From Candidatus Hermodarchaeota archaeon (GTDB taxonomy: Archaea > Asgardarchaeota > Lokiarchaeia > Sigyniarchaeales > SOKP01): DNA of 64,000 nucleotides. Of this stretch, positions 58,262-64,000 are shown one piece after another. The stretch is taken from the NCBI GenBank assembly GCA_048885765.1, contig JBHLLI010000003.1:2565-66564 (forward strand), written 5' to 3'. The position numbers and the translations under genes are program-made. Every line of letters begins with the position of its first letter. The stretch's first letter is position 1. Under the pieces are notes generated by a model, which was not told the origin of the DNA, searched no databases, and worked only from the letters and a program-made list of their open reading frames with translations.

Positions 58262-59914
58262 ATGAAAGAAATTACTGACATCCTGTCTGTCTTTTTCAAT
58301 ATCTTTAGAAACGACCTTCTCGAATACTATCAGAAAAGTCGTTCTTATTTAAAAGATCTAATTATATATAAAAAAATCAATTTAACTAAGAAATTTGATA
58401 CTGAAAATGAAAATCAAGTACAAATTGATTTAGAACAAATTCTAAAAGCTATAAAAACTGGATTGAATACAATTGGGATTCCAATAGAACAGTTAAATGA
58501 GTATCAAAAGGATTTCTTGAAGAATGTGTCTACTGAGATGAATAAACTTTCCGATTATAATTCATATTTTGAATTATATTTACAAAGATATGCTAATATT
58601 CTTTTATTAGATATTTTATTTGATTATTTACTCAATATTGATGAGAAAAAATTAGAGAATGTAAATTTGTTTGATTTATTACCTCCATACTTTATTTCAA
58701 AATTAAATGAATTCAAAAGGAGCCATTTTAATAATATTGAAATAGTAGAAACTTTTAAACAGAAAAATTATAAGAAATTTATTAATTTCACAGATTTAAC
58801 TATAGTTAAGCCTGAAGAGGGCCCTAGTGACAACATCTTAAACCAATTGCGTGAAGCAAAAGAAGGTTTTATCGAAACACTTAAAACTCCAAAGAAAGAG
58901 TTATTAAAACAATCAATTGATACCATAAAGAACGATATTATTTTAGGTGAAGATATATCTCGACCAAAAGTTAGCAAACCGGTTCCGCAAATCGAAAAGA
59001 GCCTAGATCTTGTGTTAAATACTAATACATTTATAGATTACTTTGGAAACTTTATACCGATACATCATGGAATAATTAATAAAATTAAAGTAGATAAATT
59101 GAGTCTTATTAATTTAAAAGTTGTTAATCTTGAATTTTTTGATTTAGAAAATTTATATTATTATATTTCCATCCTTAAAATGCTTAACATTGAAATCCCA
59201 TTTACCCAGCCTGAAATCATAGAGATTATTAAGAAATATGTAAATAGTTGGGTATTTAGCTCTTCAATAAATAATGTACCAGATTCGATTAACATTTTCT
59301 ATGGGCTTGCTATTTTTCTAGAATTAAATTTGCTAAACAAAACAGATATTATCGATTTACAGGAAATAATTAATTTTATCAAAAACGGATTAGAATTGGC
59401 AGTTCCAGAAAAATTGCAATTAAATCTCTATTCTATTTTATGTATCAAACTGATAATGAAAATACAAAAAAAGCGACTAAATCAACAAATCAATATAGGT
59501 TCGATATTTGATTTAGACTTAAAAGAATACAGAAACTTTAAGCCAACTCTCGATATGTATCATCATTTAACAATATTAAAGATTACAGGAAAAGAAGAAA
59601 TTATAAATAAACTAAAATTATTGTATGCGGAAGAAATAAAGAAAATAATTCTCCCAAATGGATCTATTGATGATTTAGTAACCGAATCATCTAGAGCCTT
59701 ATTAATTCTAGATTTACTTGATTTAAAACAATATGAAAATGAGTTATGGAATAATATATCTAATTACATTTTAACAAAGACAGAATTTTTTACAACGGAG
59801 AATCTTGATTCAAGATTTAATTGGCGAAGTGATGCATTTGCTTTTAAAATAGAATTACAAATGTTATATTGGGCATTGTTAGCATTTACTATATATTCTT
59901 ATAGAACTAATTAG
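58262..59914 (+). CDS. Hypothetical all-alpha protein; C-terminal half may be degenerate prenyltransferase/squalene-oxidase repeats
   Basis: Repeated Y/F-x-x-L-x-x-L-x-x-L helices (ENLYYYISILKML, NIFYGLAIFLEL, PNGS...RALLILDLL, MLYWALL). Confidence 0.55.
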   Translation: MKEITDILSVFFNIFRNDLLEYYQKSRSYLKDLIIYKKINLTKKFDTENENQVQIDLEQILKAIKTGLNTIGIPIEQLNEYQKDFLKNVSTEMNKLSDYNSYFELYLQRYANILLLDILFDYLLNIDEKKLENVNLFDLLPPYFISKLNEFKRSHFNNIEIVETFKQKNYKKFINFTDLTIVKPEEGPSDNILNQLREAKEGFIETLKTPKKELLKQSIDTIKNDIILGEDISRPKVSKPVPQIEKSLDLVLNTNTFIDYFGNFIPIHHGIINKIKVDKLSLINLKVVNLEFFDLENLYYYISILKMLNIEIPFTQPEIIEIIKKYVNSWVFSSSINNVPDSINIFYGLAIFLELNLLNKTDIIDLQEIINFIKNGLELAVPEKLQLNLYSILCIKLIMKIQKKRLNQQINIGSIFDLDLKEYRNFKPTLDMYHHLTILKITGKEEIINKLKLLYAEEIKKIILPNGSIDDLVTESSRALLILDLLDLKQYENELWNNISNYILTKTEFFTTENLDSRFNWRSDAFAFKIELQMLYWALLAFTIYSYRTN

Positions 59915-59987
59915 GGATAATGTTTTTCTAATCTTTTAAATTATCCAATTTATAAACAATAATTCCATTTTAAATTTAATTTGAGTA

Positions 59988-60608
59988 TTAAGGATTCTCT
60001 AAATTAAAAATTGAAAGGAGAAATTTCTTAGCTGTTGGAGTAATCTTCCCTTTTTCAACAGATTCATTCCAACTTTTTACTAATAAAAAATTTTTTTCTA
60101 ATTCTTCTAAAGCTATTTTTCCTAAATTTTTCCAATCTTCAATGTTAATCAATGGAGATTCACCACTAATACCGGGACAATATTTTTTCCCCTTCTCAGT
60201 ATAAAATATTTTTACTTTATTTTTATTTTGACTTTTCTTCTCATCTAATATTCCAAATGTAAATGGAAATGTTCGACATAGCATTGGTCTTAAATTGTAA
60301 ATTAAACATTTCTTATTTTTCGAATTATAAAAATAACAGCCTCCCAAACTATTTTTACGAAGAGCTACAAATGCTAAACCTTTTTCAGTTTCTATTGGAG
60401 CAATTACCATTCTTTTTCTTTCATCTTTAGTAATTTTTTTATCAAAAATATAAAATCCAAGTAAATTTAGCACTTCATTGAGATCCAATTTCAAGCCATT
60501 TTTGATTTTTAATATATCAAGATATGTTAAATTCACAAGTGTATCTTTATCAGTACAACAATTGCCACATTTTATACAATTAAATCTTAAATTCTTCAAA
60601 ACATTCAT
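59988..60608 (-). CDS. YkgJ/FliB-family cysteine-cluster protein
   Basis: CIKCGNCC, CYFY...CLIYNLRPMLCRTFPF, CPGI. Confidence 0.88.
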   Translation of the reverse strand: MNVLKNLRFNCIKCGNCCTDKDTLVNLTYLDILKIKNGLKLDLNEVLNLLGFYIFDKKITKDERKRMVIAPIETEKGLAFVALRKNSLGGCYFYNSKNKKCLIYNLRPMLCRTFPFTFGILDEKKSQNKNKVKIFYTEKGKKYCPGISGESPLINIEDWKNLGKIALEELEKNFLLVKSWNESVEKGKITPTAKKFLLSIFNLENP

Positions 60609-60648
60609 TGGAAAAATAAAAGAAAAAAAAAGATAATTTTTATAAAAA

Positions 60649-63600
60649 TTAATTGTTGAATGGTATAATTATTTTTTCTTTGATTAAACTTTCAATTGCC
60701 TCGATAATTAAATCTTTGTTTTCTTCATGGACTAATTCAACAATGTTATTTACATCAGTAATTATATTATCCCTTGACATTGATTGAAGAACGTTAATTA
60801 CACGCAATTCCATTTTGGTTAATTTCTTTTCCTTTTTCATGGTGATAAGGTTAATATCACTAGAGAGTTTAAAGGCTTCTTTATAATAGAGTTCGAAATA
60901 TTCATTAATAATTTGAGGAACTGATATTTCAAATTCATCTAGAGCCCCATCCCAATGTTCTAAGTCTTTAGAAAGCTTTAGATTTAATGCTAAGACTAAA
61001 TTAGATATTTGGTTTCTCATTCTTTCAGATGATTTAGTTCTAAGTATAAACACCGTACGAATTTCTTCAACATCTGCAATTAAACAATAGAATTGTTTAA
61101 AATCTAGTTCAATCATCTTTTCAACACCGTAAAGCTTTTCAGACTCGACTCTGTCTTTCTCAACGAATTCTTCACCGATCATCGTAATTGCCTGAATAAA
61201 ACCTGAGAAGAGTTCCTTTTTATGCTTTTCAAGAATAGAATAACTCTTTGAAAAGATAGGAATACCACTTAATTTATGAATTATTACTATAGCCTGAATG
61301 TTTTTAAGATCTTTAAATCTTTGAGTTTTTGCTAATAACTCCGCTTCTTTTTTGCGTCTGATTGGCATTATAACGTATGATCTTAGGCTTAATGCAGCAA
61401 ATATAGCACCAACACCTATGGATGCAAATAATATAATTAATACCCATAAAGGAAGTCCTCCTGGATTGGAAGGAGGGTCTATTATTTCAAACTGATATAT
61501 ATGTATCTGCGGTTCATACCCTATTGCTGTGAACTCAAACACTAATCGTTTTACTCCAGTCTGGTTATAGAATACTGTACTGAATTCAATAGCGTAAATA
61601 CCATCAGATAAATCTTGTATTGTGTAATGGACAGGATTTGTAATATTTAAAGCGACTTCAGCATTGGATATTCCCTCGTCATCGAATTCTGAATAATAAA
61701 AGAATCGTATAGTACTATTTTTATGAATTACAATTTTGGAATCTGATTCTAATCTTTGTAAGTTTGTATTTTCTCCTAAGTTTATGAATAGAGTTAAATT
61801 ACTGTCTATAAAACCTATTTTATTTGATTGAATTATAATATTGTATAATCCAAAACCTCCCAAAGCAGACGTATCAAGGACCCCTTCATAGATTCCTAGA
61901 GCTGCATCTGTTAAGTAATTTGTTCCTCCCGACCAATTATAAGAGATTATTGCATCTGGGATAGATTGACCATTTTCCGCATCTCTTAAAATTACCCTTA
62001 AAGGAATTATATCTCCTACAGTACCTCCTGTTTGATTATCCAATTTTGCATCATCTGGTTTCAATATGGTTAAATAACTATCGTGAACAACTATAAAATT
62101 TGATTTTACTCCTCCTATAGCAGTTCCATTGCTCCAAAAGATAGTATAATTATATATTCCTCCTACTGAATTTTCTGATGTAAAGGTTATATCTGAAAAA
62201 ATGACAGTTCCATTTAAAAAAGGTGTTTTGGATTCTTGAAACCATAGAGTCCCATTAGGGAAATAAACTGTTAAATTAGCACCAGTTAGATCTAAATTTG
62301 CAGGAATTTCATTTGAATTATTAATTTGAGTTTTTATTCTTGTAGAGTCTCCGGTTCTAAATGAATCTTCTGCCCATTCTCCATCTTTAAGCATTTTAGT
62401 ATTAGAGTTATTAATATAATTGGGAGATGTTGCTCTAAATGTCCACCATCCAGGAAAGATAGCAAAAGTTTTGTTTATTCGCAAATAAGATTCTCCGATA
62501 TCTCCTCCTTCAAATAGTATTGAACCAAATGTTGGATCTAATGCAGAAATAAACTTCCAATTGAGAGGTTTTATTATTTCAAATTCAAAGTTTGAATATT
62601 GAGAAGGCATAAAAAAATTGTGAGTAAATTCCCAGTATACAGAACCATTAGGTAATATTTGATATGATACTCCCTCCTGTGTTGTTTGTCCAATTCTTGA
62701 AGTACTTTCATGGTATCCATAAATTACCGTATCCAAATTAAACTCTAATGAAGGAGAATCAGTTTGTACACTTAGATATATTGGATTAGTCTCCCAAGAT
62801 CCAGTAAAATTCTTGTGTGAGATACCCCAATTACTATCGTTAATTAGACCTTCACCGTTAATTGTAAGATTGATATCAGATTGAGTTGAGTTACAAAGTG
62901 TAGTAAGAACTAAAGAGATATTATCAAACCAAAAAATTTGCTGAAATCTCTCATCAAACCCAGAATAAGTAACTGATGCTCCACTTTTAATACCTACTGA
63001 TATATTAAACTCATTATTATTATTAATATCATTAAATATCTTCGAAGTGTTCGACCAAAGATCTAGATATATTTTCCCTGTATGATGCCACATATTTCTA
63101 CCTGCCTCTACAATGTCTCCTAGACCTTTAGAATATATTTTTTGATTATTTATTTCACAGTAAATATAATTTTCATTTGAATCCATAGCAGACTCCGCAT
63201 AATAATCAAAACTGATATATCCATCTATTACCGAACCTCTGGGAATAGTAATGTTTTGATAGATCTCTGAAAAATCATTTTCATAGTATGTTGCGTCCAT
63301 AGGATATCCCGAATCTCTACCTGGTTCACTTAATAAAGTTGTGTACATTGCAGTATTATTATCAATTGACTCAGGACCAAAGTTTCCTCCAATATTTCCA
63401 GCAAGAGATCTGTTATCATACCCCCAAGTAGTTTCGTAGTCAAAATAATTAGTACTAGAATTGTAATACTCATAAAAATCAATATCATATCCGTACCATT
63501 GAATAGAACCATCTGAATTAATTGTAATTTTAAAAGTATTCCCCTTCATCCAAGGTGTAAATAAATCCGTAGCTTTTCCAGTAAATGTAAATTGAAGTCG

Positions 63601-64000
63601 ATTATTGCTATCATACACGCATAGTAAATCCCAATCTGTTTCAATCTCTATACTTGAAAAGTGTAATCTCATCGCACTTGCGCTAGAGTTACTTATTGTA
63701 CTATGAACATTTGATGGATTAGTAGGGTCATGATCTAAATCAGCACTATAATTATGAGGTGGTTGACCTACAGGATCGATATTTGAGAATGCTTGATAGT
63801 GTCTGTAAGGGGTATCTAATTCGTAATAATCATTATTCTTAACCCATTCTCTAGTATCTTGTATATTTCTAACGTTAGTTTGGATTTTTGAGGCTTTCCA
63901 TTCGTGAATATCATCTAAATAATAAGATATATTCAATTCTACTTGATTTGAAACTGAGATTTCTTGATTTAAATCATAAAGATTTCCCGTGTCATTAATT
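60649..64000 (-). CDS. Large single-pass surface protein (CUB-like and beta-rich ectodomain, TM, cytoplasmic longin + winged helix), 5'-partial
   Basis: Frame stays open from 63936 to the window edge (INDTGNLYDLNQEISVSNQVE). MRLHFSSIEIETDWDLLCVYD...SDGSIQWYG is CUB-like. Many NxS/T sequons. TM LPLWVLIILF..., then IIHKLSGIPIFSKSY...LFSGFIQAI. Confidence 0.85.
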   Translation of the reverse strand, partial: INDTGNLYDLNQEISVSNQVELNISYYLDDIHEWKASKIQTNVRNIQDTREWVKNNDYYELDTPYRHYQAFSNIDPVGQPPHNYSADLDHDPTNPSNVHSTISNSSASAMRLHFSSIEIETDWDLLCVYDSNNRLQFTFTGKATDLFTPWMKGNTFKITINSDGSIQWYGYDIDFYEYYNSSTNYFDYETTWGYDNRSLAGNIGGNFGPESIDNNTAMYTTLLSEPGRDSGYPMDATYYENDFSEIYQNITIPRGSVIDGYISFDYYAESAMDSNENYIYCEINNQKIYSKGLGDIVEAGRNMWHHTGKIYLDLWSNTSKIFNDINNNNEFNISVGIKSGASVTYSGFDERFQQIFWFDNISLVLTTLCNSTQSDINLTINGEGLINDSNWGISHKNFTGSWETNPIYLSVQTDSPSLEFNLDTVIYGYHESTSRIGQTTQEGVSYQILPNGSVYWEFTHNFFMPSQYSNFEFEIIKPLNWKFISALDPTFGSILFEGGDIGESYLRINKTFAIFPGWWTFRATSPNYINNSNTKMLKDGEWAEDSFRTGDSTRIKTQINNSNEIPANLDLTGANLTVYFPNGTLWFQESKTPFLNGTVIFSDITFTSENSVGGIYNYTIFWSNGTAIGGVKSNFIVVHDSYLTILKPDDAKLDNQTGGTVGDIIPLRVILRDAENGQSIPDAIISYNWSGGTNYLTDAALGIYEGVLDTSALGGFGLYNIIIQSNKIGFIDSNLTLFINLGENTNLQRLESDSKIVIHKNSTIRFFYYSEFDDEGISNAEVALNITNPVHYTIQDLSDGIYAIEFSTVFYNQTGVKRLVFEFTAIGYEPQIHIYQFEIIDPPSNPGGLPLWVLIILFASIGVGAIFAALSLRSYVIMPIRRKKEAELLAKTQRFKDLKNIQAIVIIHKLSGIPIFSKSYSILEKHKKELFSGFIQAITMIGEEFVEKDRVESEKLYGVEKMIELDFKQFYCLIADVEEIRTVFILRTKSSERMRNQISNLVLALNLKLSKDLEHWDGALDEFEISVPQIINEYFELYYKEAFKLSSDINLITMKKEKKLTKMELRVINVLQSMSRDNIITDVNNIVELVHEENKDLIIEAIESLIKEKIIIPFNN

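Noticed and set aside
1322-63512. Short antisense or alternate-frame ORFs in the track (e.g. 1322, 4433, 7933, 9749, 12733, 14853, 41190, 44582, 47501, 55035, 63330)
   Set aside because: They lie within longer genes that have recognisable motifs and show no motifs of their own; treated as shadow ORFs.
63934-63936. TTG at 63936 as the start of the large surface protein
   Set aside because: The frame is open to the window edge and no signal peptide follows; the true start is upstream.
1-64000. tRNA, rRNA, CRISPR arrays and IS elements
   Set aside because: Intergenic gaps are short and AT-rich, with no cloverleaf-like GC-rich segments, spaced direct repeats or transposase motifs seen by eye. 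A tRNAscan-SE/Infernal run would be needed to exclude small RNAs.

Overview
AT-rich, gene-dense archaeal chromosome segment, very probably from an Asgard archaeon of the Lokiarchaeia type. That assignment is inferred from TBP, two TFB-family genes, an eL13-like protein, five Rab/Rag-like small GTPases, several longin and roadblock domains, an archaeosortase and an IPGY-type C-terminal sorting signal. I saw no rRNA, tRNA, CRISPR array or transposase. Main observations: (1) Four GTPases are fused behind an N-terminal u-DENN/longin-like domain. One Rag-type and one Rab-type member carry a D-x-x-[A/R]-R-G loop matching the folliculin/SMCR8 arginine-finger motif, while their paralogues have lost it, suggesting cis-encoded GAP-GTPase modules in active/inactive pairs. 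(2) Two tandem P2A-like P-type ATPases lack the M4 PEGL glutamate (PINLP / PLNIP, resembling the PISL of P4 lipid flippases) and the M6 Ca2+ ligands. (3) An NrdD homologue keeps its ATP cone but has no glycyl-radical C-terminus. (4) A giant CUB-containing surface protein has a cytoplasmic longin domain. (5) There is an eL13-HhH fusion, a 7TM+DHp protein with no kinase domain, and a decayed BKACE gene fragment absent from the ORF track. All family calls come from motif recognition by eye; no searches were run.
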